Positions 1 through 8,507 of a DNA stretch of 32,000 bases are shown here, one piece after another. A model generated the notes under the pieces. That model was not told the origin of the DNA and did not search any database. It saw only the letters and a program-made list of their open reading frames with translations. The first letter of the stretch is position 1. The number at the start of each line of letters is the position of its first letter. Both the position numbers and the translations under genes were made by a program. This stretch comes from Sulfolobus acidocaldarius DSM 639 (GTDB taxonomy: Archaea; Thermoproteota; Thermoprotei_A; Sulfolobales; Sulfolobaceae): assembly GCF_000012285.1 (NCBI RefSeq), contig NC_007181.1, forward strand, positions 150,001 to 182,000, in the 5' to 3' direction.

Positions 1-1
1 C

Positions 2-559
2 TATGGCGTTTCTGAGGAGGCTAGAGTCATTGGAGCTGTGAACACTATTCATAACCTAAATGGTTACAATACTGACTACATAGCCATTTACAATTTGATA
101 AAGGAGAAGCTAATTGATAAACCTTCAATATGCACAGTTTTTGGAGCTGGTGGTGCAGGGAGGGCTAGTATATACGCATTATTGAAATTAGGCTGTGAGG
201 TTTATGTAATAAATAGATCATTAGAAAGGGCTCAATCCCTAGAGAAAGATTTTAAAGAATTTGGTTATGATATTAAGATAATTTCTTCCTGTAAACCTGG
301 AGATATAATAGTTAACGCTACTCCAAATTCTAGTTACGTTCCAGACGAATGCATAAAGGGAAAACTTGTTGTAGATCTAGTTTATAATCCTGTAAAGACT
401 CCACTTATATTAAAGGCTGAAAAAACAGGTATAAGATCAATAAATGGTCTAGAGATTTTGGTACGTCAGGCAATGGAGGCTGAAAGGATTTGGTTTGGTA
501 AATCGTTAAGTGATGAAGAGGTGGTGAAGTTCTTATATGCCAGGAAACTCGTTAGGTAA
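2..559 (+). CDS. aroE: Shikimate 5-dehydrogenase, C-terminal part (5' end outside window)
   Basis: Frame 2 is open from the window edge. Translation: [26 protein letters not shown]...[10 protein letters not shown] (Rossmann glycine motif)...VNATP...DLVYNP. It lies first in a run of shikimate-pathway genes. Confidence 0.85.
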   Translation, partial: YGVSEEARVIGAVNTIHNLNGYNTDYIAIYNLIKEKLIDKPSICTVFGAGGAGRASIYALLKLGCEVYVINRSLERAQSLEKDFKEFGYDIKIISSCKPGDIIVNATPNSSYVPDECIKGKLVVDLVYNPVKTPLILKAEKTGIRSINGLEILVRQAMEAERIWFGKSLSDEEVVKFLYARKLVR

Positions 560-560
560 G

Positions 561-1712
561 ATGTTTAGAATTACGACATTTGGAGAGAGTCATGGTCCAA
601 TGATAGGTGTGATTGTGGACGGCGTTCCTGCAGGACTTTACATAAGTAAGGAGGATATCGAGTTTGAATTGAGTTTTCGAAGACCAGGTAAGCAATTCGT
701 TAGCGGAAGGAGGGAGAAGGATGAGCCTGAAATTGTCAGCGGGGTTTATAATGGTAGAACCACAGGTGCCCCGCTAACTATCATTATTAGAAATAATGAT
801 GTGATCTCCTCACTATATGAGGAAGTTAAACATAAACCCAGACCAGGACATGCAGACTTACCGTATATCATGAAATACGGTTATGAGAATTGGGACTATA
901 GGGGAGGAGGGAGATCGAGTGCAAGGGAGACCGCATCTAGAGTAGCAGCCTCTGCAATAGCCAAGAAATTACTCATGTTAACTGATACTGTGATAGGTGC
1001 ACATCTGAAGTCTTTGGGTCCAGTGGAACTTGATGAAGATGTTTCCTTCAGGGAGATATTCTGTTCTAAGTACAGCCCCGTAAGGGCAAGTAAGAAATGG
1101 CTTGAAGAGAAGTACGAGGAACTGATCAAACAAGCTACAGTTGAAGGAGATAGTTGGGGAGGAGTTGCTGAAGTTATTGCGGATAATGTGCCGATAGGTT
1201 TGGGTGAGCCAGTTTTTGATAAACTGAAGTCTGATTTAGCTAAGGCTTTACTTTCAATACCTGCAGTTGTTGGTTTTGAGTATGGGTTAGGATTTAAAGC
1301 AAGTAAAATGAAGGGTAGTGAGGCAAACGATGAAATAGTTATTAAGGATAATGGGAAACTGGGATGGAGATACAATAAGGCAGGAGGTATATTAGGTGGT
1401 CTTTCAAATGGCGAGAAATTAGTTTTGAGATGTGCATTTAAGCCTACTAGTTCAATAAGAAAACCACAGAAAACTGTAGATTTACGTACCTCTGAAGAGT
1501 CTACTATTCGTGTGATAGGTAGGCATGATCCTGCGGTAGCAATAAGAGGTGTCTCTGTGGCTGAGGCAATGGTTGCCTTAGTGTTAGTGGATCATGCACT
1601 TAGATCTGGTTATATTCCACCTGTAAAATTGAGTGAAGATCAAGCTAGGATTATAGAGGAGAAATGGAGGAGGTATGTAGAGGAATGCAAACCTATGCAG
1701 GAATCTCAGTAG
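561..1712 (+). CDS. aroC: Chorismate synthase
   Basis: [13 protein letters not shown]..., RPGHADL and [11 protein letters not shown] signatures. ATG 561 lies 2 nt after the aroE stop. The ORF-track start at 537 is probably an in-frame upstream extension. Confidence 0.93.
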   Translation: MFRITTFGESHGPMIGVIVDGVPAGLYISKEDIEFELSFRRPGKQFVSGRREKDEPEIVSGVYNGRTTGAPLTIIIRNNDVISSLYEEVKHKPRPGHADLPYIMKYGYENWDYRGGGRSSARETASRVAASAIAKKLLMLTDTVIGAHLKSLGPVELDEDVSFREIFCSKYSPVRASKKWLEEKYEELIKQATVEGDSWGGVAEVIADNVPIGLGEPVFDKLKSDLAKALLSIPAVVGFEYGLGFKASKMKGSEANDEIVIKDNGKLGWRYNKAGGILGGLSNGEKLVLRCAFKPTSSIRKPQKTVDLRTSEESTIRVIGRHDPAVAIRGVSVAEAMVALVLVDHALRSGYIPPVKLSEDQARIIEEKWRRYVEECKPMQESQ

Positions 1713-2470
1713 TAAACGCATTGCCAGGCTGGTACGGTTCATCAATGGCAATTGACTTAAAGGTAGAGGTGAAAGTCAGTGAGACTGAGTACTGTGAGAG
1801 TCAAGATATATTGATAGATACTATAATTCAATTCTTCAGACAAAAGTACAACCTACCTTGTATGAAGGCTGAAATAAACTCAGAGATTCCTCCAAAAGGA
1901 GGTTTGAAAAGCAGTAGTGCTGTTTCCACTGCGTTAATAGCTGAAATTATGAGAAGGTATAAGATAAAAGATGTCGATCCACCAAAATTATCCGCAATAC
2001 TGTCACTAAAGGCAGGCGTGAGTTATACTGGAGCTTATGATGACGCTACATCCTCATATTATGGAGGGGTTACATTCACCTTTAATAAGGAATTCCAGTT
2101 AATTGAAATAAAAGAGCCACCTGATATCTCAGTAGTTTTACTCCCTAGAGGAAACAGACAGGTTAAAATTGATCTCAACCATTTAAAGAGATATGCTGGT
2201 CTATTCCAGGAAATATTCAATGTCGCAAGAAAAGACATAATTACGGGTATGAGGCTTAACGGAATTGCTATGGCTGAGATATTAGGTTATGACACTTCTC
2301 CCATAAAGCAAGCTTTAAAGGGCGGAGCATTAGCTTCTGGTATATCTGGTAATGGACCGTCGATTTTTGCTGTAACAAAACCAGGAGACGAGGGTAAGGT
2401 AATCGATATTTTCTCGAATTTTGGAGAGGTATTAGTAACTAGGGTGGTTGAGCCACGATCACTAGAATAA
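1685..2470 (+). CDS. aroK: Archaeal-type shikimate kinase (GHMP kinase family)
   Basis: N-terminus [23 protein letters not shown] and the GHMP motif [15 protein letters not shown]. It sits between aroC and aroA. The start is ATG 1685 (or 1664) and overlaps the aroC 3' end. Confidence 0.85.
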   Translation: MQTYAGISVVNALPGWYGSSMAIDLKVEVKVSETEYCESQDILIDTIIQFFRQKYNLPCMKAEINSEIPPKGGLKSSSAVSTALIAEIMRRYKIKDVDPPKLSAILSLKAGVSYTGAYDDATSSYYGGVTFTFNKEFQLIEIKEPPDISVVLLPRGNRQVKIDLNHLKRYAGLFQEIFNVARKDIITGMRLNGIAMAEILGYDTSPIKQALKGGALASGISGNGPSIFAVTKPGDEGKVIDIFSNFGEVLVTRVVEPRSLE

Positions 2471-3684
2471 ATAAGTCCAAAATCTCAGGGATCATAAAGG
2501 CTCCTCAGTCTAAGAGCCTCGCAATAAGACTAATACTGTACTCGCTACTATCTAATGTTATCCTAAATAACCTTTCCCTGTCTGAGGACACTAAAGTTGC
2601 TATAGACGTGGTAAAGGACATTGGAGTAAATGTGAGTGATAATCTTAGCCTTAAGAAAGGTGAAAAATTAAGAGTACCGCAATACCTGAATTTTGGCGGT
2701 TCTGCTACCACCCTAAGAATGATGATACCTATTTTATCAGTTTTGGGAGGAGAGGTGGTTTTAGACGGGAATGAAAGTCTAAGGAGGAGACCTATAACCG
2801 CGATAGTGGAAGCCCTAGCGGGGCAAATAAGATTTTCATCAAATTATCTTCCAGTTACAATGACTGGAAAACTAAAGGAAAATTATGTGAGGATAAGGGG
2901 AGATGAGAGCAGTCAGTACATCTCTGGGTTTATATATGCCTTCTCCTTGGTGAACGGTGGGGATATCGAGATTATCCCCCCGTTGTCTTCTAAGAGCTAT
3001 ATACATATGACTATTGATTTGATCAATGCACTCGGTGGTAGTGTGAAGTTTACTGGAAACAGGATTAGGGTAGAAAGGGGGGAGTTTAGAGACTTTAGAG
3101 GAGATGTTCCAGGAGACTATGCATTAGCTTCATTTTATGCTATTGCCTCTGCAATAACTGGAGGAGAGATTCAAATTAAGGGACTCTATTCTCCTCCATA
3201 TTACGATGGCGATCACAGCATTGTAAAAATAATTAAGAATATGGGTGTAGACTCTAGAGTCGAGGGTAACTCATGGATTGTTTCAGGGAACGGAATTATA
3301 AAGGGAATAAAAGTGGATGTGGACGATATGCCTGACCTTGCACCATCTATAGCTTGTATTGCACCCTTTGCTACCTCAGAGACTGAAATTACTGGAATTA
3401 AGAGATTGAGAATTAAGGAGAGTGACAGGGTAAGTACAATAAAATCCACCCTGGAGGCTTTTTCAGGTAATGTGGTTGTCGATACAGATTTTATTAAGAT
3501 ATTTCCGTCAAAGTTAACTGAGGGTAGTATAATATGTCCCAATGATCACAGAATAGCAATGATGGCAGGAGTGATATCCCTGAGGACAGGAGGTACTGTT
3601 GAAAACGCTCAATGTGTGAATAAGAGTAATCCTAGTTTCTGGTTAGACTTAATTAGTTTAGGTGGTGATATACATTTCACCTAA
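2458..3684 (+). CDS. aroA: 5-enolpyruvylshikimate-3-phosphate (EPSP) synthase; start codon unresolved
   Basis: The frame is open from 2452. The upstream part encodes KISGIIKAPQSKSLAIRLIL, the conserved S3P-binding SKS..R motif. Downstream motifs include LNFGGSATTLRMM, DHRIAMM and NKSNPSFW. The first canonical start, GTG 2608, would delete the N-terminal motif. The start given here is the ATC at 2458 and is only a placeholder. Confidence 0.85.
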   Translation: MTRINKSKISGIIKAPQSKSLAIRLILYSLLSNVILNNLSLSEDTKVAIDVVKDIGVNVSDNLSLKKGEKLRVPQYLNFGGSATTLRMMIPILSVLGGEVVLDGNESLRRRPITAIVEALAGQIRFSSNYLPVTMTGKLKENYVRIRGDESSQYISGFIYAFSLVNGGDIEIIPPLSSKSYIHMTIDLINALGGSVKFTGNRIRVERGEFRDFRGDVPGDYALASFYAIASAITGGEIQIKGLYSPPYYDGDHSIVKIIKNMGVDSRVEGNSWIVSGNGIIKGIKVDVDDMPDLAPSIACIAPFATSETEITGIKRLRIKESDRVSTIKSTLEAFSGNVVVDTDFIKIFPSKLTEGSIICPNDHRIAMMAGVISLRTGGTVENAQCVNKSNPSFWLDLISLGGDIHFT

Positions 3685-4324
3685 GCTCGTTGTAGCCTTA
3701 CCTGTCAAGGAATTAAAAGATTTAAATAGAATTGAATTGCTTATAAACGACGTTGACTTAGTAGAACTTAGGCTAGATTATCTTAGCAAATTTGACGTTG
3801 ATATTCTAGACTTGTTCTCAAAATACAAGGAAAAGTTGATTATAACCCTAAGGGATAAGGACGAAGGAGGAGTAAATTATATAGATCCTGCTTTTAAGGC
3901 TAACTTTGTCAGACGTATGGAAAGAGAGAAATTTATGTATGATATTGAGGCAAGATTTGCATTAAGATATCAAGTTAATGTTAAAGACAAGATAGTTTCA
4001 ATTCATTATTTCGATAATCTGCCTGAGTTTACAGAGGTAAAGGAAATTTTTGATAAATTTGATGAAGCATATCTTAGAAAAATAGCTGTAATAGCTAAGA
4101 GAGGTTATAGGGAACTTTTGATGAGAGTTCTTGATAATTACGATAATGCAGTTGTTATGCCTATGGGTGTTAATGGAGTAGAGAGAATAGCCTTCTCTCT
4201 TCTGGGATCTAAGTTGATATATGCCCATGCTGGCGAAGAAACTGCTAAAGGGCAGTTACATTATAAGGATGTGAGAAGAATCTTAAATCAACTTTCCACA
4301 ATTATGTCTTCACCATCAACCTGA
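3662..4324 (+). CDS. aroD: 3-dehydroquinate dehydratase, type I
   Basis: Product is about 220 aa. LVELRLDYL and later MPMG motifs are typical of type I DHQase. It is the last gene of the aro run. The GTG start overlaps the aroA 3' end. Confidence 0.8.
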   Translation: MVIYISPKLVVALPVKELKDLNRIELLINDVDLVELRLDYLSKFDVDILDLFSKYKEKLIITLRDKDEGGVNYIDPAFKANFVRRMEREKFMYDIEARFALRYQVNVKDKIVSIHYFDNLPEFTEVKEIFDKFDEAYLRKIAVIAKRGYRELLMRVLDNYDNAVVMPMGVNGVERIAFSLLGSKLIYAHAGEETAKGQLHYKDVRRILNQLSTIMSSPST

Positions 4325-4590
4325 ACGCGGTATAGTTTCAATGGTTTCTTGGTTGCTCCTTTGATTGCTCTTCCGTCATTAATGGAGAAGTGTGTGAAAT
4401 GGCATTGACATACTAATTCTTCTCTAATCACTACGCCTACTTTGTACAGGTCGCAACCCAGGTGAGGGCATCTACTTTGGAATGCGTAATACTTTCCTCC
4501 TCCCAGGTAAAGTAAAATTACTTCCTCATTTCCAATGGTTACTTTTTTCTTTTCACCTGGTTTTAGTTCAGAACGCTTAATCCTTAACAT
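4288..4590 (-). CDS. Stand-alone Rieske [2Fe-2S] domain protein (100 aa)
   Basis: C-P-H-x17-C-Q-C-H matches the Rieske C-x-H...C-x-x-H ligand pattern. It is convergent with aroD and overlaps it by 37 nt. Confidence 0.8.
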   Translation of the reverse strand: MLRIKRSELKPGEKKKVTIGNEEVILLYLGGGKYYAFQSRCPHLGCDLYKVGVVIREELVCQCHFTHFSINDGRAIKGATKKPLKLYRVQVDGEDIIVES

Positions 4591-4713
4591 CTTCTTACTG
4601 GAAATTTATAAACACGCTGGCTAATTAAAACATTAATACTGAATATTAAGCATCTAGTATTGTTTTTTATATATTCCACCTAACTTTATATGCAATTAGT
4701 TTATAATGTTAAA

Positions 4714-4730
4714 AAGATATAATATATCTT
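4714..4730 (+). promoter_or_regulatory. A/T-rich perfect 8-1-8 palindrome AAGATATAATATATCTT at TATA-box distance from the first gene of the XPD operon
   Basis: The palindrome is centred 29 nt upstream of ATG 4751. Its arms AAGATATA/TATATCTT are exact reverse complements. Confidence 0.5.
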
Positions 4731-4750
4731 AGGTAAAGGAGTGAAAAAAT

Positions 4751-5041
4751 ATGAGTAGTACTGAGGAAAAAGTGTTAGAGAAACTTGATTACAGAATCCT
4801 TGAGATTAATAATATTTCAAGATCAGCGGATGTCAGCTGTATAATAATAACCAACAGACCACCTGCAAGTGAAATTATTGAGGATATTAAAAAGACAGTG
4901 AATGTTTTATCAGTTTTTTCGTTTTTGTCTACTATAAAGGCGAAAGGTAAAGTCAAGGATTTCATTGAATTGGCTAATAAAGATTATGTTAAGTTCATTA
5001 TGTTAGATGAAGTTTTAGTCAAGCTTGAAGAATTAATGTAA
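4751..5041 (+). CDS. Hypothetical 96-aa protein, translationally coupled to XPD
   Basis: ATG-initiated ORF. Its stop TAA (5039-5041) shares one nt with the XPD ATG (5041), forming TAATG. I recognise no motif in it. Confidence 0.6.
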   Translation: MSSTEEKVLEKLDYRILEINNISRSADVSCIIITNRPPASEIIEDIKKTVNVLSVFSFLSTIKAKGKVKDFIELANKDYVKFIMLDEVLVKLEELM

Positions 5042-6696
5042 TGTTGAAACTCAGGGATTGGCAAGAAAAATTAAAGGACAAAGTTATAGAAGGACTTAGA
5101 AATAATTTTTTGGTTGCCTTAAATGCTCCCACTGGTAGTGGGAAGACTCTATTTTCCCTTTTAGTTTCTTTAGAGGTTAAACCGAAAGTATTGTTCGTAG
5201 TCAGAACACATAATGAGTTTTACCCAATCTACAGAGACTTAACTAAAATTCGAGAGAAGAGAAATATCACTTTTTCTTTTCTTGTAGGTAAACCCTCATC
5301 ATGTTTATACGCTGAGAAGGGAGCAGAGAGCGAAGATATTCCATGCAAATATTGTGAGCTTAAAGGCTCTATAGTCGAGGTAAAGACCGATGACTCTCCA
5401 TTGTCCTTAGTGAAGAAGTTGAAGAAAGACGGACTTCAGGATAAATTCTGCCCCTACTACTCATTACTCAATTCATTATATAAGGCAGACGTTATAGCCC
5501 TAACTTATCCATATTTCTTTATAGATCGTTATAGGGAATTTATTGATATAGATTTAAGGGAATATATGATAGTCATAGACGAGGCTCATAACTTAGATAA
5601 GGTAAACGAGCTTGAAGAAAGGAGTCTAAGTGAGATTACGATTCAAATGGCGATAAAACAAAGTAAAAGTGAAGAGAGCAGAAGAATATTAAGTAAACTG
5701 TTAAATCAGCTTAGAGAAGTTGTCTTACCTGATGAGAAATACATCAAAGTGGAGAATGTTCCTAAGTTATCAAAGGAGGAACTGGAAATCTTAGCTGATG
5801 ATTATGAAGATATTAGAAAAGACAGTTTAAAGCAAGGCAAGGTAAATAAAATCCATATAGGTTCTATTCTGAGGTTTTTCTCTCTACTGTCTATAGGCTC
5901 ATTTATTCCCTTTTCATATTCTAAGAGACTAGTTATTAAAAACCCAGAAATATCTTATTATCTAAATCTACTTAATGATAACGAATTGTCAATAATTTTA
6001 ATGTCTGGTACATTACCGCCTAGGGAATACATGGAGAAGGTTTGGGGTATAAAGAGAAATATGTTATACCTTGATGTAGAAAGGGAAATACAAAAGAGGG
6101 TTTCTGGTTCTTACGAGTGTTACATTGGTGTCGACGTTACCTCTAAGTATGATATGAGAAGTGACAATATGTGGAAGAGATATGCTGACTATCTTCTAAA
6201 AATATACTTTCAGGCTAAGGCAAATGTTTTGGTAGTATTTCCGTCATACGAGATAATGGATAGGGTTATGTCTAGGATTTCATTACCTAAGTATGTTGAA
6301 AGTGAAGACTCTTCAGTAGAGGATCTATACTCTGCAATATCTGCAAATAATAAAGTCCTGATAGGGAGTGTAGGAAAAGGAAAATTAGCCGAAGGCATAG
6401 AATTAAGGAACAATGATAGAAGTTTGATTTCTGATGTGGTAATTGTGGGTATACCTTACCCACCACCTGATGATTACTTGAAAATTTTAGCCCAAAGGGT
6501 TTCATTGAAGATGAATAGGGAAAATGAGGAGTTTTTGTTTAAGATTCCAGCTTTAGTTACAATAAAACAGGCTATAGGAAGGGCTATTCGTGATGTAAAT
6601 GACAAGTGTAATGTATGGCTTTTGGACAAGCGTTTCGAGTCCCTTTATTGGAAGAAAAATCTAAAATGTTTGAATGCGAATAAAATGAAGCTATGA
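5041..6696 (+). CDS. xpd: XPD/Rad3-family 5'-3' DNA helicase with 4Fe-4S cluster domain
   Basis: Walker A APTGSGKT and a DEAH box (VIDEAHNL). Four Cys lie in the FeS insert (SSCLY, PCKYCEL, FCPYY). The 551-aa length and N-terminus MLKLRDWQEKL match my memory of S. acidocaldarius XPD. Confidence 0.96.
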   Translation: MLKLRDWQEKLKDKVIEGLRNNFLVALNAPTGSGKTLFSLLVSLEVKPKVLFVVRTHNEFYPIYRDLTKIREKRNITFSFLVGKPSSCLYAEKGAESEDIPCKYCELKGSIVEVKTDDSPLSLVKKLKKDGLQDKFCPYYSLLNSLYKADVIALTYPYFFIDRYREFIDIDLREYMIVIDEAHNLDKVNELEERSLSEITIQMAIKQSKSEESRRILSKLLNQLREVVLPDEKYIKVENVPKLSKEELEILADDYEDIRKDSLKQGKVNKIHIGSILRFFSLLSIGSFIPFSYSKRLVIKNPEISYYLNLLNDNELSIILMSGTLPPREYMEKVWGIKRNMLYLDVEREIQKRVSGSYECYIGVDVTSKYDMRSDNMWKRYADYLLKIYFQAKANVLVVFPSYEIMDRVMSRISLPKYVESEDSSVEDLYSAISANNKVLIGSVGKGKLAEGIELRNNDRSLISDVVIVGIPYPPPDDYLKILAQRVSLKMNRENEEFLFKIPALVTIKQAIGRAIRDVNDKCNVWLLDKRFESLYWKKNLKCLNANKMKL

Positions 6697-7496
6697 GTAA
6701 AGTAGAGATTTTTACGCATAAGACTTGTACTGAGTGCGGTATTTTAATGGAATTTCTAGAGAGAAATAAACTTCTAGGAAAAGTGACCATAATAGACACA
6801 GAACTATATCCATTTTTAGCATTCGAGAGAGGAGTGATCTCAACTCCCTCAATATTCGTTGACGGTAAACTAGTGTATGCTGGAGTAGTTGATTATGACG
6901 AGCTCCTGAAAATACTGCAAGATAAAAAGGTTATTGTGGAGGTAAATAAGGACGAATTGGTAAATAAACTGATGTTTGGCGTAGTTAATTCGTTTGCAGC
7001 TACAGCCTGGCTTTATGTAAATAGAGATTTTGATGCTTTGATGGCTCAAAAGGACTTTGTCTTGGCTGTTACAGGTTTATCACTCGTTGATGACAAAAGT
7101 GCTGATGAGTATTATACATATCTCAGAAATATAATTGTGAAGGAAGGGGAGAAATATGTTGACGAGTGGAAAGAGAAGATGTTAAGAGTTATTGCTACTA
7201 ATTTCATCAGAGAACTTTACTTACTCTATAGGAAAAAGCTAAGTGATGAAGAGATTATGAGGAAATATCCGTTGGAAGTCTTTGCCCATTGGCTAATGAT
7301 CAGAGGAGGGGCTGTGGGCAGGGTAGGTCTAAGAATTCATCCTCTCTCCGATAATCAAGTGTTAGAGAAGATCAGTGAGGTTTACGTTTATACATTGTCT
7401 AATGCAAAACAATTGTGGGATAAAGTGATAAAAGAACAGGAAGAGCTGGCGAAGAAAAGTGCTTTATATGAGCAGGCAAGATTCATAAGTATATAA
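6693..7496 (+). CDS. Thioredoxin/glutaredoxin-fold protein (CxxC) with an uncharacterised about 180-aa helical C-terminal domain
   Basis: The N-terminal about 80 aa (VEIFTHKTCTECG...ISTPSIFVDGK) carry a C-T-E-C redox motif and a cis-Pro-type TP motif. The ATG overlaps the XPD stop (ATGA). Confidence 0.7.
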   Translation: MSKVEIFTHKTCTECGILMEFLERNKLLGKVTIIDTELYPFLAFERGVISTPSIFVDGKLVYAGVVDYDELLKILQDKKVIVEVNKDELVNKLMFGVVNSFAATAWLYVNRDFDALMAQKDFVLAVTGLSLVDDKSADEYYTYLRNIIVKEGEKYVDEWKEKMLRVIATNFIRELYLLYRKKLSDEEIMRKYPLEVFAHWLMIRGGAVGRVGLRIHPLSDNQVLEKISEVYVYTLSNAKQLWDKVIKEQEELAKKSALYEQARFISI

Positions 7497-7511
7497 AAGG
7501 TGATAATAATT

Positions 7512-7739
7512 ATGAGTCAACAGTTAAGACTGGATTTAAGAGGAAAGAGTTGCGACGAATATATCTTGGAGATCTCAAAGGTACTGGTTAACATGAAACC
7601 TGGTGACATACTGAACATAATAGCTGATAAGGATAGGATAATGTGCACGCATCAGTTACTTAGAAATGCACCGAGATACTTATTTAAGGGAGACGTTGTA
7701 GATGACCACGCTGAGATATCCATAAGGAGGCTAAGATGA
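7512..7739 (+). CDS. TusA/SirA-like small sulfur-carrier-fold protein
   Basis: [11 protein letters not shown]...[12 protein letters not shown] resembles the TusA LDxxGxxCP...GD.L.v..D pattern, but the Pro after Cys is absent. It lies 3-15 nt after the preceding gene. An alternative GTG start is at 7500. Confidence 0.55.
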   Translation: MSQQLRLDLRGKSCDEYILEISKVLVNMKPGDILNIIADKDRIMCTHQLLRNAPRYLFKGDVVDDHAEISIRRLR

Positions 7740-7805
7740 TTAGGTCATAAATTTGTTGTTATTGTTAGATAGTAATAATTTTCATGTTAAAACCTATTTC
7801 TAATC

Positions 7806-7816
7806 AAAATATTTAA
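7806..7816 (+). promoter_or_regulatory. TATA-like box (AAAATATTTAA) of the sod gene
   Basis: Centred about 29 nt upstream of ATG 7840, which fits a leaderless transcript. Confidence 0.5.
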
Positions 7817-7839
7817 TCCACCATTGGCTATTTGTTTGT

Positions 7840-8475
7840 ATGACCCAAGTTATTCAGTTAAAAAGATATGAATTTCCACAACTTCCATACAAAGTAGATG
7901 CATTAGAACCCTATATCAGCAAAGATATAATAGATGTCCACTATAACGGACACCATAAGGGATATGTTAATGGTGCAAACTCCCTTCTAGATAGATTAGA
8001 GAAATTGATTAAGGGCGACCTACCTCAAGGACAATACGATCTACAGGGCATATTGAGGGGTTTAACATTCAATATTAACGGTCACAAATTACACGCAATA
8101 TATTGGAATAACATGGCTCCTGCTGGTAAGGGAGGAGGAAAGCCTGGTGGTGCTTTAGCTGACCTGATCAATAAACAATATGGAAGCTTCGACAGGTTTA
8201 AACAGGTATTTAGTGAATCAGCCAATAGTTTACCTGGATCTGGCTGGACTGTACTATATTATGATAACGAGTCCGGTAACCTACAGATAATGACAGTGGA
8301 GAACCACTTCATGAATCATATTGCGGAGTTGCCAGTGATCTTGATAGTAGACGAGTTTGAACATGCATATTATCTTCAGTACAAGAACAAGAGAGGAGAC
8401 TACCTGAACGCCTGGTGGAATGTAGTAAACTGGGACGATGCCGAAAAGAGATTACAGAAGTATCTAAATAAGTAA
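7840..8475 (+). CDS. sod: Fe/Mn-family superoxide dismutase
   Basis: [19 protein letters not shown] and [13 protein letters not shown](K)R metal-ligand signatures. Product is 211 aa. Confidence 0.96.
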   Translation: MTQVIQLKRYEFPQLPYKVDALEPYISKDIIDVHYNGHHKGYVNGANSLLDRLEKLIKGDLPQGQYDLQGILRGLTFNINGHKLHAIYWNNMAPAGKGGGKPGGALADLINKQYGSFDRFKQVFSESANSLPGSGWTVLYYDNESGNLQIMTVENHFMNHIAELPVILIVDEFEHAYYLQYKNKRGDYLNAWWNVVNWDDAEKRLQKYLNK

Positions 8476-8476
8476 G

Positions 8477-8494
8477 TTTATTTTACTGTTTTTT
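8477..8494 (+). terminator. T-rich tract downstream of sod (TTTATTTTACTGTTTTTT)
   Basis: Oligo-T runs begin directly after the sod stop. Archaeal intrinsic termination typically uses oligo-T tracts. Confidence 0.45.
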
Positions 8495-8507
8495 CCTAAA
8501 TTATATA

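Noticed and set aside
896-1375. 159-aa ORF antisense to aroC
   Set aside because: It lies entirely inside a confidently identified gene on the other strand. Its Ser/Leu/Pro-rich composition is typical of a shadow frame, and it has no motif.
2450-2470. Programmed -1 frameshift fusing aroK to aroA
   Set aside because: The frames are compatible with this (frame 2 to frame 1). However, I see no X-XXY-YYZ slippery heptamer or downstream structure in GAGCCACGATCACTAGAATAA. It is kept only as a minor alternative in the aroA finding.
2719-2725. C-box-like ATGATGA/CTGATGA strings inside coding regions (for example 2719, 9371-9390, 16993, 30046)
   Set aside because: None has correctly spaced CTGA D/D' boxes. 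They are most simply explained as Asp/Met/Asn-Asp codon strings.
4602-4612. AAATTTATAAA as the promoter of the Rieske gene
   Set aside because: It lies only about 12-22 nt from ATG 4590, which is too close for the usual spacing of about 26 nt to a leaderless start. I cannot assign the promoter confidently.
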